Part shown: positions 44,502 through 57,699 of the stretch, one piece after another
Layout of the letters: the number at the start of each line of letters is the position of its first letter
How positions within the stretch are numbered: the stretch's first letter is position 1
Assembly: GCA_001643675.2 (NCBI GenBank)
Contig: LSRY02000019.1
Location: 186,001 to 250,000 of the forward strand
DNA length: 64,000 nucleotides
Direction: 5' to 3'
DNA from: Monocercomonoides exilis PA203
Lineage: Eukaryota; Protista; Preaxostyla
Made by a program: the position numbers and the translations under genes
Notes under the pieces: model-generated
The model's input: only the letters and a program-made list of their open reading frames with translations
Told to the model about the DNA's origin: nothing
The model's database searches: none

Positions 44502-47500
44502 TTAACTGTTTCTAATAAAAGCAGACGAAAATGCAACAACTTTCTTAGGTTTCGGCTTTGGCTTCATTAAAGCAGTATTTTGATGTGTTTGTTCAGAAGC
44601 TTGTTGGAAAATAGACGATGGAGTGGAAAGTACCGAAGATGGCCGAGAAGGAGTAAGAGAGCGATGGCGACTGATATCATTTCCATTCGAAGACACAGAA
44701 GACGAGCGAGTGCTTGGCCTAACAGAAGAAACACTGCTTTTCCTGCCAAGACGATGTGCAGCAGGACGCAAGAGATGATTTTGCGCCTGCTCCTTTTTTG
44801 TGGTATCCTGTTTTGATGGTACGTCAAGTGGCTGCTTTGCTTCTGCCAGGGATTGCGAATCTCCGCTGTGATCGCTTCCGACCACAACAAGACGGTGCAT
44901 GGAGCTTATTTGTGGAGTGCCTGGCTTCTCCCTTTTTCTTTTCTTTGCTGCAGTTTCAAATGAAAGAGGCGGAAGACCTGGTGACAGTGGGAGTAACGAA
45001 GAAGAGGAGGAGATGCTGAGCATCGCTGGCGGAGAGACAGGCGGAGTTGCTCTGCCTTTCTTCTTTGCAGAACCAGTTGTGGCAGCATCTGCACTGCTCT
45101 CTTCCAGCTTCTTTCTTTCTTCAATTTCCAGCATTTTTTCTTGTTCTTTTTGTTGAGTCACTTTTTCTACTGCCTCAGGAATTTCGATTGTTATCGATTT
45201 TTTCTCTCCAAGTGGCTTCTTATAAGCTTGTTTCAATGGCTTGTTCGCATCAATACCTCTCTCCGCCCACATGCTGCCTCTCCATTCTCTGCGGAAGCGA
45301 TGTCTATTTGATGCCCACCAGCCAGCTGCATCGCGTTCACTCCAGATTTCTCTGTCGAACAGAATTCCGAGAATAACATCTCGTCCCGTCTCTTTTGATT
45401 CTGCCATCACAAAAGAGATTCCTTTTGTTCCTGATTTTCTTCGGTAAGTCAATGGATCGCATGAATCTGGGTTCAGCAGACGCCATCTGCCATAATACTC
45501 GTCTGAGTTTGGATCAAAGCGGAACGGAGACGACGGGCGATGCGACTGCTTCCTGCTTCGACGGAGCAGTGAAGGAGAGCCTGCAAAAGGCAATCCTTTT
45601 GAGTCTCGATTTGGACTTGAAGCAGAAAAAGAGAGATCATTTGAATTCTGTTTCTGAGTCGTACTTTCTTCATTATCTTGTTCAATAAATGCTTGTTTTA
45701 TTTCTGGTTCGAAGTTATCGGCCGGAATCAAAATGCGATCATTTTCCAAATTATCATTCCATTTTGATCCATTTTCATCTGATCCGGATGATAAGTGGAT
45801 CGATGATTGCTTTGACGTCTTTGCTTTGTGAGTTGTTAAAGAACTTACTTCTTCACTCTTTCGTTGATTATCATCTTCAGATCCAGTCATTATTTTCTCT
45901 GATTTTCCATTTGCTTCGTGGCCATCTCCCAATTCAAGATTCATTCCTTCAAATACATCTCTCACAAACACACAAATCTTATGTGGTGGGCTTCTGCCTT
46001 TCCTCGAGAACTCTTCAAAAGATAATTTTCCATCTCCATCTGAATCAAACTCTGCAAAGACAGCCTGCGTAAGAGCAGCGATATCATCTTCCTCAACGTC
46101 AGATTGAAGAGAAGATAGAGCATTAAACAGATCGCTTCCGCTGATCATGCTGTCTTGATCCCAATCCAGCAATCGAAAGTAAAATCTCGAGCATAATGCA
46201 AGTGCAACTTCAACTGGAAGTGATTGATATTCCTTTAAATTGGATAAGCCTGATGAAAGTTGAGTTGCTTCATCAGATCGAGTTGTGCGCGATGAAAACA
46301 TCGAAAGAGAAGGCAGAAAGGCAGTTGTTGCAGAAGTATTTCGAGCTGTAACCGAAACAGCTCCTATAACAATAAGCAACGACCTAAGCGAGAGGTAGAA
46401 AGAACCGACATCAAGAGGAAATGAATAATCGTCTTTGACCAAGTCAAATTCTTCTTTCTCTTTCAACTTTGCTTTTCTCTTTTGCAGCAATAAGACCCTT
46501 TCGTGGGCATCCATTCCATCTTTTCCTGCATTTTCTTGCTTTTCATCAATTTCCGCATAATTTTTACTCTTTTCTTGCAGCATGCTGTTGTCATATTCAT
46601 CTTTCTGTGGTAGAAGAAAGTTAAGAGTTGTTGTTTGCTTGCCAATACGATATTTAACAGTTGATGCACCATCAAACACCCCTTCCTCTCCCAAGTTTCC
46701 CTCCCTCAATTTATTTTCTGCATCTGTGCTCTCATCCCAACTTTCACGCTTCTTTTTGGCGTCAAAGTCCAACCATTTCAGCAGGAGATTCAACGAGACT
46801 GGCTGGACTCCTCGCGAAAGCGATTCCTCTTTTCTCATTCTTTCCCTCTCCTCAGCTTTTGTGCTGCTTTGGCTGCTTCCTCGTTCTTTCGACATTTCCT
46901 GTGCAGCTGCAACAACGTTCCAGTAGAAGTAATTGCAGTACAATCCGTTCTTCATTCCAAGCTTTTCTGCAAAGAATGAGAAATGCAGAGGATCTAAATA
47001 CGCATCAACGTCAAAACAGCCATAAAGAACAGAAGGAGTTGGAGTTTTCCCTTTCCGCTCAAATAGTCTCTTTCTCTCTCTGGCTGGCAGCGGTGGAGCA
47101 ATCTCAGTGTTTGCAAGAAGCCCAGTATCGCGAGCAGTCGCTAGTAACTTTGCCACCTGCTCCTGAGAAAACTTGGTTTCTCTTTGCAGCCTTTCAATGC
47201 ACATGTCAAATGCAACCACTTTTTGCCTCAGCTTTTCCATTAGCTCGATTTCTTGCTGTCTCCTCAGTTCTTTTTGTTTTTCCAGTTCTTGTCTTCTTTC
47301 TGCCTCTCGCTTTTTGGCCATTGCAATGTCTTCTTCAAGAGTTGTTCCAGTTTTTCGTTCAACTTTTCTTTTTGCTTTTCCTTTGGTCTTTCCAACTGGA
47401 TCATCTCCTTCCTTTTTGTCCCTTGATGTTTTATTCTTTTTTCTAAGAATAGACAAACCTTCGCTTTGCGATGAAATAGTTGTGCTTTCAGTTTCGCTCA

Positions 47501-50412
47501 TAGAATCTGCATTTGTACTTTCATATTCCGAAGTGAAATCATCATCTTTCTCCTCTTCATTTTCCAAGTCCGTTCCCATTCCAAGCAACCCGAGTATTGC
47601 TCTGTTTTCATTTGAAAGCTGCTGTGGGTGTCGTCTGTTGTGTCTTCTTTTCCTCTTTCGTTTTCTTTGTTCTTCTGTACTCAAAGCTTCACCATCTTCG
47701 CGATTAGCAACTTCTCTTTTCTCTTCTCTGTTCATACTCTCTTCCTCATTGCCATCTGCACGTTGCTCTTTTTCACCAAGCTCAACGCTCTTCTTCCATA
47801 CTGCTCTCTTCTTTCTTTCTATGTCGACTCTTCGCTTTTCTGGGCTTATAATTTTGTGTATTCCATCTGTTGTTCGATCATCTCTTCTTCCCTCCTGGAT
47901 ATCGCGAACATAATTTACAATGTCATCATTTTCCCAGTCGCTCTGATCCACCTCATCCGCATCGCCATAATCAAATATCTCACCTTTTTCTGCTCCATCA
48001 AAGTATTTCTCTCTTTTATGAAGTTGTTCATTTGGTTGAATATCATTATCCCATTCATTCACCTCTTCATCATATTTAATTTCCATTTGATTCTTTCTTT
48101 TTATTCCCTGTGAACGAGGAACTCGATACTTCGTGTATTCTCCATTCTTTCTTTCAAATGCCCTTGTGGAAGATCCTTCTCTCAAGTATGGCTCATTGTC
48201 TGTATATGGCTCATTAAAATATTTGCAATCAGCCTCGCTATCTTCTCCACTGCTGGGCAGGCGCCGATGATACTTTTGTTCTTCTTGCTGCTGCATCAAC
48301 CGCTTCCAAAATGCGGTCTGAGGAGGAGGCGGAAGCACAGTGTGACTTGGATTCTCTCTTCGCGATTCTGCAAATTCAAGAAAAGAATATAGGAAAGAAA
48401 AAATGATATTTGTGTGTAATAAAAATGATATCGAGCAAAAGAATAAACATGCGAATGATAATCAAAAACAAAAAATTAGAATATTCATTTGCACACCTTT
48501 GATTGGGAAAAGTTTTATACTCCTTGCCTGAAGTGAAGAAGTAGTAGTAGAAGTAGTGGAAGAAGAAATTGAAGATGACATGAACGGCTTTTGATTGGAA
48601 TGGAACTGCATTCGTGGGTTCTTTGCAGAAGCAGAAGATGCCTCAATTGAGCTTGCTGAATACAAAGTTAAAGCAGATGTTGGCTTGTTGAGAGAACTTG
48701 GCGTCTGCGGAAGAGCGGCAGATGGAATCCATTGGTATTCATCTGAAAGAAGCTGATTGTTTGGAACATCAATTTCTAACTCTTCAAAAGAATTGTCTGC
48801 GGAGATTGGCGGAGCAGCTACTTTCTTTCTCCATTTGCCGCTCAGCGAAAGAGGATCAGAAATAACACCCTGCTTCATCAGCACAGCAGCTGTTGATTCT
48901 TCAACAAGAGGAGAAGCATCAGAAGGTGATTGGAAAGAAAGATAATCGTATTCTCCTTTTGTCATCTGTGAAGATGAAGATGGAAATGAAAGTTGTGAGA
49001 TTTTTTGTGAAGGTTGAGCAGAAGAAGATGCAAAAGATGAGGTTGTAGTTGGCATTAGTGCAGAACTTTGATATGATTGTGATTTTTTCACTCGAAGTGG
49101 TAAAGGAGATGCATGAAATGCAGGAAAAGAGGATGAAGTCTGCTGAGATGATACTGAAGTGGATGAAGGAAATGTGACTTCGGTGGTTGATGAAGCAGAA
49201 GGAGAGGTGGGAATCAAATGAGGTGGAGAAGAAGTGTTTGTAGTTGTAGCTGGAAATGAAATACTTGCTCCACATTCCGAAGACAGAGAAATATTCCTCT
49301 GATGCTTTGGACGTGTTGATGTTGTGCGAGGCTTGCTGTCGAGAGAAGGAGCAAATAAAGTGGGCACAACTGCTGTTGGGATTGCGTCATCATACACATC
49401 TGCTGTTGGAGATTCGGGGACAAACAAAGTCCTTCTGTTTTCTCCAATAGCAGCAGTTGCAGAGGGAACAGAAGTGAATATTGACGATTTTTTGTCTGAC
49501 TGATAATCATTGCGTGGCCTGCTTGGTGAAGAAACAGCTGATTTGGCTCTTAATTGTCGTTGAGGCCTTCTACTCAGCATGATTGCTTCTTGTCTGATTC
49601 TTTCCTCAAAGCTTTTTTCATCTCTGTCTTTTTTCGGTTGAGACAATCTAATACCATCCTCCGGGAAAAAATCTTGGCTAAACAGCTCTTCTGTTGGAGT
49701 TTGAATCGACTCTTTTCTTTCTTGTTCTTCATCATTTTCGTAGAACCTTTGGATTTTGTCTCTTTTCTTATCAAGAATAATAACTGGATCTTCATTTCTA
49801 TGGCTCCTAACCTTTTTTGATGGCAAAATATGCTGCAGCTGTGGCTGTTCCCATTCAGTGTAATCCGTTTGATCATTTTCAATTCTTGAAGTTGTTTGTG
49901 GAGTGAATGATATGTCGAACTGAGATGGAACAGGTGCAAGTACTTTCACTGAATGTTTTTCAATTGCTCCTTTTTTGTTGGATAAATGATTTTCTGCTGA
50001 CATCGGCCTACGATGAGACGGTTGTGATGGATATTGGATTGTTACAACCTTTTTTTCGTTGCTTTTCCGCTCTGACGTTAACAAAGGGAAAGAAGGCTTC
50101 GTTTGAATGTTTTCATCCAAAGCTTGATTAGAATGGAAATGATTTTCTATTTCTTTAAAAGAAGATCGAGGAATATGTGGATACACGATGCGAGAAGGCT
50201 GATTGAAATTATTCTTTTTTTGCTTTGATGTTAAATTTGATTCTTGAATATTTTTCCCAACAATAGAAAAGGGGAGTATAAAATCCTCCTGTAATTATAA
50301 TAATATGATTTTGAAAAAAACTGAGGATAATTTTCTTTCAAACTTGTAAGTTGTCCGATATTTGAAAAGAGTCTCCAATTCCAGAATCAAATTGCACTTC
50401 TCTTCTTGCCAT
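44502..50412 (-). CDS. EF-hand (calcineurin-B/NCS-like pair) containing large protein, multi-exon
   Basis: ORFs 48462-50186 and 44502-48338 join in frame via a GT-AG intron ending at 48368. EF loops DWDQDSMISGSD and DSDGDGKLSFEE. Likely ATG at 50412. Confidence 0.8.
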
Positions 50413-50591
50413 AAATATTTAGTTGCTGTAAAGATAAAAACATAATTACAATAAACAACTAATTTCAAAAAATGTGAACAAAACTCAAAAAAGCCAATTC
50501 AAAATTCAACTTTTAACAAGGCAAAAAATAAATAAGGGTTCATTACAAAATAATTTTTATTTAAATGTGAATAACTATTTGGAAATGCTGC

Positions 50592-53500
50592 TTATTGTCT
50601 TGGCGGCATTGGATTTCTAGCTACTCCCTGCTGCATAAGCTGTGCGGCAGACAGCGAAGAAACAAGCGGTGACGGAAGATGGGCAGAGGCAGCAGCAACA
50701 GCAGACGACGGTGACATTGGTAACGAAGATGAGGACTCAAAGTGGTTGGGATGGTGCAATTGTGACAAAGGCATGTGCTGATGAGCCTGGTGCAGCTGTT
50801 GTGACTGCTGCTGCTGGAGCTGCTGGTGGTGGGCGAGTGCTGTGATGGGCGAAGGATGTATCTGCTGGTAAAGTGATAGAGAAGCACCTGTGACAGGAGA
50901 AGGACGCGACAAAGAGGAAGACGTGAGTGTGGGTGAGAGAGAAAGCGGAGGAACAGAAGAAACAGAGGAAGAGGGGAGATGCGAGGAAGAGGAAGCAGAA
51001 TTCATGTGAGCAGAAGACGAGGAGGAAGGATAGCCCATTGAAAGAGAGGGCATCTGAAGAGAGAAGGAGAGATTAGGCTGAGAAGACAGGAGGGGAGAAG
51101 GGTTGTGCAGAAGAGCAGTGTGTGGAGACAGCTGTCGAGGGATAGAGGCAGCAGTCATCATTGACGGCTTCTGCGCGGCTGAGGGAGAAAGAGAGGCAGC
51201 AGACGGGAGAGATGGATGTGGATGCGAAAGAAGAGGAGCACGGTTTGTATCGTTCCCTTCGGGTGGATGTGGAGCTGAGCCAAAAGTCGTCTCTTGCACA
51301 GATTTCTGTGGGAAATGGGGCGAATCGTGCACTCCATTGAAGGCAGACATTGTGGCTGCTGCACTCATTGGAGTGGATGCTGTTGGGCGGTTGTGCTGCA
51401 GATTGGAAAATGACTGAAGAGCAGAGGCAGCATCTCTTTGAGCGGAATGAAGAACATTCCCTGGCTGTGAAACTTGCTGTGCTGTTGAAGTTGCTGTTGT
51501 TGCTGAAGATCCTCCTGTTCCTCCTCCTCCTCCTCCACCTGAACTTCCACCACTTCCTGCTCCTGCTCCTCCTGCCCCTCCTTCTGTTGCTGATGATGTT
51601 GTTGTGTTTGCATTAGAAGCAGAAGCAGAAGCAGCAGAAGCTGACGACGATAGCTGTCCCGTCGACACCTGTGGTGCTTGTGCGACTCTGTTCTGCCCAA
51701 CATTCTGCCTCTGCTGATGGTTGCTCCACATCAACAGCCCATTCCCTCCGATCCCTCCGCTCCTTCCCGCGCGGTTGCCAAACAGATCGCCCAGTGACTG
51801 CATCGATGTGCTGATGCCCAGTCCACTCAGTGCGCTGTTGATTCCTGTGCCAGTTGCACCCATAATTGAGCTTGCTCCTCCGCCAGCTGCACTGTTGGCT
51901 CCAACACCCGCTGCACCTGTCAACGAATGCCCCATCATCCTCGCTGCAATGCTGCCTCTGTTGCCTGTCAGCCCGCCAATGCCCATGCCCACACCCAGAT
52001 TGCTCAGCCCACTCATTCCCATCGACGACAACCCCATCCCCATCCCACTCAGCCCCACAAGTCCTCCTCCGCTTTCGCCCATCCCAAAGCGAGACGCGCC
52101 GAGCGTCTGCCCAACAATGGAGAGCGTGTTCAGCCCCATCGGAAGCGAAGGAATGGACCCAAAGCCGCTGGTGCCTGTGATGCCAGAGGTGCTGCTTGCT
52201 CCGCTTCCCGACTCGCCTCCAGCGGAGCTTCTTCCTCCGCTGATGGATGCAATGCCTGTCTGTGTGCTGTTCACAAACGACGTCGCAAGATGTGTGCTGT
52301 CGCTTCCGTCCACCAGCCTCCGCGACGCAAGTGCAGCAGACCTCGCAGCTGTGCCTGTTACACCTCTCTTCAACAGCATGCTGCTCATCGTTCCTGCACC
52401 TCCAACACCCACACCCATCCCAAGCACTCCCACACTCCCCAGCCTCCTCCCCAGCATCATTCCTCCGCTCCTCCCAAGCAGTTGCCCACCAACAGAGCTC
52501 GTCGCACCCGAAGATAGCGCTGTAGTGTATCTGATTCCATTTCCTCTCATTCCCAGAATACCACTGCTGCCACTCACGCCAACACCCAGCGATCCAATTC
52601 CCGTGCCTGCTCCCACTCCACCATATCCTTCTTCTCCTGATGCTCCGCTGCTCCCAATCCCAACATTGCTCCCGACTCCCACCTGCCCCAAGCTGCTCAA
52701 CCCGCTCAGCGTCACTCCAGTCTGCTTCTGTCTTCCCTTCTTCTTCGATCGTCCATTTCCCTTTTTGGAGCCTGTCCTCTTTCCACCAGGCCCCACTACA
52801 CCTGCATTGGCACTTCCATGTGCTGCTGCAGCAGCCGCACTTGCAGCAACCGCCGCAGCTGCTGAGGAAGAAAGATAGCTGTACGGCGATGCAGCCCTGT
52901 TCAGCCCACCCATCTCCCTCAGCCCCACTCCGCCTGGATGAGGAGATTCGGAGATGCCCAGCCGGATCATCCCACCTTTCGCTTTCTTCGATCCCTTCTT
53001 CGCCTTCTTGCGCCCAGTGCCTGGCGCATTCTTCTTCTGCAGAGGTGAATAAATCTGTCTGCGCGATGAGGCAGAAGCAATTAGTGCTGCTGCAGTTGGC
53101 GTGTGTGTCAGCAAAAAAGAAGGCGAACGAGATCGCAAGGAACGTGTGGACGACAAAGAGGATGAGATGTCATTGGGGCCATAGCCATCCACACCATATG
53201 ACGAAGCAGAGGAAGCAGAAGAAGAGGAAGAGGAATAGATTGAGCCTGGCTGGCTGCCATAGCCAGAAATGTAGTGGTGCTGAGACGAGCCAAGTGTTGG
53301 CGAGAACCGCCCAGAAGGCGAAGAAGAAGGCGATCTTCGCATTCTCTTGCGCGACGGAGAAAGCGAATCAAGCAGGCTTCCTGAGGAGGAAGAGGAAGAA
53401 GGAGAATAAGAAGAGGAGTGGAGAGGAGGGCTGGAGGCTGTTGGCACAAGAGAAGGAGAAGAGCCGCGGGGAACAGAAGGATTGGAAGAGAGATAAGAGG

Positions 53501-56500
53501 AAGAGGTTGGAGAGGAGACGAGTGGAGGCACAGCTGGATGTGTCAGGCGCTTGTGCCGCTTTCTTTTGGAGGAGCGGCGAGAAAGCGAAGGAGAAGAGAA
53601 GGAAGGAGACATCGAACGTGCTCGAGAAACTTCTATTTATTTTGATTTTTTATTAAAAAAGCAATAAATAATATTTTATTTTTCAAATAACAATAAAAAT
53701 AATAACAATGAAATAAAAAAGAAAACAAAAATATGTAATAAAACTACACACCATCCTGATATCCACCCAAGTTCAGTCTGTCATCAGCGGAGATGACTCC
53801 CACGTCATCCAACAAGCTGTCATTCAGCTCGCTCCCACTTCTTCCGCCGCCTGCTGCTCTGATCATCAGCTGCTGTGCATTCTTCTCTCTCTTCAGCTGC
53901 AGAAGCAAGCGGCTGTGCCTCTTCCGCTCCTTCTTCGAAATTGGGTGTGTCGACGTCTGCTGCAGAGGAGGGACAGGCAGAGATGAAGAATGAGGGATGG
54001 CTGAACCAACCACTGGCGAGACAGAACCTGAGGGAGAAGAAGAAGAAGACGACGAGGAAGAAGAGGAAGAAAGCATCTGCTGTTCAGAGGAAGAGTATGA
54101 GAGAGAAAGAGACGAACGAGGTGTCGAGGCAGAGAGGGAGCCTGTGGCAGTCCGTGGGCGGTCGGGATAAAGTGAGGGATGTGCCATTGAAGGAGACATA
54201 GTGGGTGAGTTCAGCAGATACGATGCAGACACAGGTGTTGATGCAGGAGATGGAAGAACAGACATTGAAGAAGATGATCGAGGCCTCGAATAGAAGCCGC
54301 GTGACGGGCTGTTCACAAACTGCTGGCTGTCTGCTGAAGCTGCTGAGGAAGAAGAAGCAGATGCTGAAGCTGAACTGTCGTCGAAGGGCACATGTGGATG
54401 AAGCAGAGGGTGGAACGAAGGGAGCTGTGGTGGCTGAGTGGTGGAGGTGTGGTTCATAATGGTGTGGTAAAAGTCGAAGAAGGAGGCTGTCCATAAATCG
54501 TCTGCATCGTACAGCACTTGCTGCGACCGGCGGATGGCATCACGACGCTGCTTGGCAGTGCGAATGGGGGGTTGCTTGGCTGACGGAGAAAGGGAAGATG
54601 AAGAGGAAGGGGAGCAGGAGGAGAGAGAGGAAGAGGCAGAAGCAGAAGCAGAAGCAGAAGCAGAGGAAGAAGATGAAGAAGCAGAAGCAGATGTATTCAG
54701 AGAAGACGAGAAAACAGGTGAAGAAGCAGATCGGTTGAACGAAGGAGTCGAAGTCGCTGCGTTTGACTGTTGAAGTGCTGTGAGTGAAGGTGTGGCCGAG
54801 TTCTCTCCATCGAGCGACAAAGAGCGGAACGACACACCTGCACGGCCATCGACTGGCTTGTGCTGAAAAGCAGGGGAAGACGGGGGAGTGCAGGAAGAGC
54901 CAGATAGCGCTGCTAGTTTGCGCCTCTCACGATCCATCCACTGAACAGGCTGCTTCTGAGGCGTTGAAGGGGCAGAAGCGGTGAGGGATGAGGAAGCATC
55001 GGATGAGTGGCTGAGCGGAAGAGGTGGATCTGCTGATGAAAGAGAGGGAGAACTGACAGAAGAGGAACTGGAGAGAGAAGGGGAGAGGGTTTGTGGATTG
55101 GAAGGGGAAGAAGAAGAAGATTTGTTGAGAGTGCTTTGCGAATCATTGGAATTTGATGTCGAAGAAGAAGCGCCGGAAGATGCTTGACTATCTTTTTCAT
55201 CTTTGCCCTTCAGAAGTGCCTTTGCTGCTGGTGTTGGACTCAGACTCTTTGAGGAAGACTGCACTGATGGTGTGCCTGTAGTTGTTGAAGAAGACATGGT
55301 TGGCGTCTGCATTGAGCCATCTTTTGATGCAGACAGAGAAGTGCTTTTGCTCAGAGGCAGCATCGACAGCTGAGAAGAAGAAGAAGAGGAAGGAGGAGGA
55401 AGAGATGAACGGCAGCAGCTGATTGGGAAGCGGAGTGGACGAGTGATGTAGAGCAGGCGGTAGAAGTAGTAGAGTGCTGGAGATGCTCTGTGCAAAGAAG
55501 AGGGATGTGGAAGTGACTGGATGGTGACTGAGGAGAAACGCTGCTTTAAAAACAGAGTGCGGAGGCGGGTGTGCTGTAGCTTTGGAGAAGAAATGGATGT
55601 TTGCGTGGAAGACAAAGAAGGACAACTAGCCTGTGATGATTGAGAATTGGGGGATTCATCCGCATTCCCACCAGATGCCTGAGAAGAGTTGGTTGAAGTG
55701 TTACTGGAATCGTCATTTGATTTAGCTTTTGCTGTATTTGAGTTGTTTGCCTGGGGTTCAGATGGAGAAGACGAAGGTGGAGGTGGATGCTCTGTGAAAG
55801 AGCTACTCTGACTGCATTGATTTGATTGATTGGATTGACTTAACTGACTGCGAGAGCGAGCAGGCTGTACAGCAGCGTCTTTCCATTTGGCGCCTATCCA
55901 CGAGGGGAGCAAAGAGAAGAGATCAGAATGTGAAGACGACTTTGATTGTTCTGCAGAGGAGCCCAAAAGGTGAAGTGGAGATTCAGTTGGCTGCAAGGTG
56001 CGTGGCACAGAAGGCGATGTGTGTGCTGAAGTGAGGATGGTGAGAGGGGATGAAGAAGGAGGAGGGAGGAAGGCAGAGGAAGATTTGGATGCAGAAGAAG
56101 AGGGCTGAGATGTGCATGTGTTGGACAAAGATTGAGAGGGATCGGCGAAGTTGTTTGTGTCATTTGGGTCAGAAGATGAAGGAGAAGAAGAAGATGTTTG
56201 TAGAGTCAAAGAGGAAAGCGAAACTTGACCTTCAGGTGGATTGCTTGAGTTCTTAATGATCGATACTGAGCTGATGCCTTCAAACAGATACTGCATTTGA
56301 AGGGAAGAGGGAATACTAACTGAAAGTGGAGAGGAAGAAAAGCTATTCCCAGTTTGCTTGTTGAATGAATTGCTGCACTTGCTTCCTTCTTCACCAACAA
56401 CTTCACAGGAGATGTGATTCGGCGGACTTGAAAGAAGTCGAAATGGAGTGATTGCAGGTGGAAGTGTAAATGGTGGAGTGTTTGTTGACGGAGAAGAAAG

Positions 56501-57507
56501 AAGAAGAGTTGGATCGATTTCAATCTCCATCTCTATTTCGAGATTATCATCTTCACTCTCTTTTGAATTTTCTTCAGTTTCTGACACATGTGGTGAATCT
56601 TTCATCTTTTCGTTCTGAGTATCATCAACTGAGTCGTTCAAATCTTTCTTCTTTTTTGCCCATTTTTGTTCATTTTCAAATGTTTTACGAGGAAGAAGAT
56701 GCTGAAAGGAAATTGCATTTTGTTCAATTGAACGGATATCTCTGGGTGCTGTTTTATTATAACATTGACCACTTTGGAAAGGGAAGAGCGATGGATTGCT
56801 GTTTTCGTTTTGTTGAACCACAACAGCGTCTAAAATAAGTTTTGGAGATTTTGGACAATTTGCAAATTCTTCTCTATTTGAATGCCCCGTAACAAATACT
56901 GGAGGAACTGAGCGAGGACGTTTCCGTTGAGGGATAGGAACAACACCCAAATATTTACGAAGACGTCCTTTGCTAACTATCTGACGAGGATAAGCTCCTT
57001 CATGTTCAATTTCATCTGATAACACTTTTTCAGCTTGATACGCATGCTCGGAAAGTTCTGCAATATTCAAGCGAAAACATTTTGCTGTATTTTAAAAAAT
57101 ATGCATTATAAATCGCTTATCATAAAATACTTATTCTTGAACAAACTGAAATGTCGATGATAAGAAGAGCTTAAAACAGGACGAGAACAATGGATACATT
57201 TCACAAGATGAGGAGGCCCAGTGAGAATTTCGGAATCTAATCGAACATATTTTGAAATTATTAAAAATTAAATATTTGATACAAATGAAGAAACCTTCAA
57301 GAGGCAAAGAATTAAATGGTTCACATTCTGTGAGGATATAGAAAAATGTCATTATTTTTGAATGTGCGCAATAGGAAAGATATTTAAAAATAAATGATAT
57401 CAAAAATCAAACGATTATTACGATTCTTCCTCTTGGAAAAATGATCTGAATTTCTTAAAAATGAAACGATTGAATCCCAATCAGAACCGGATTTAAAAAG
57501 GAGCCAT
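50592..57507 (-). CDS. Very large low-complexity (Ser/Pro then Gly/Ser/Met-rich) hypothetical protein, multi-exon
   Basis: ORFs 53744-57070 and 50592-53612 join in frame via intron 53633-53751 (G|AA = Glu). Small upstream exons extend to a probable ATG at 57507. Basic NLS-like clusters. No recognised domain. Confidence 0.7.
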
Positions 57508-57699
57508 GAATCCAGATCATTAAGTTTTGTCTCTCTCACTTTTTGATTTCGTTTCATATGTGCTCGTTGCTCGAAAAAAGAGAGATAAATTCACGAATAA
57601 CCCATATTCCTTTGGTCGAGATCAAACATTAAAATTTCTAAACAAAACATATTACACAAACATAATAGTACAAAACGGAAAATTATTCATTTATAATAA

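Noticed and set aside
51721-53656. Long plus-strand ORFs (385 and 338 aa) and similar antisense ORFs over other large genes
   Set aside because: Shadow frames of GC-richer low-complexity coding sequence, with no motifs.
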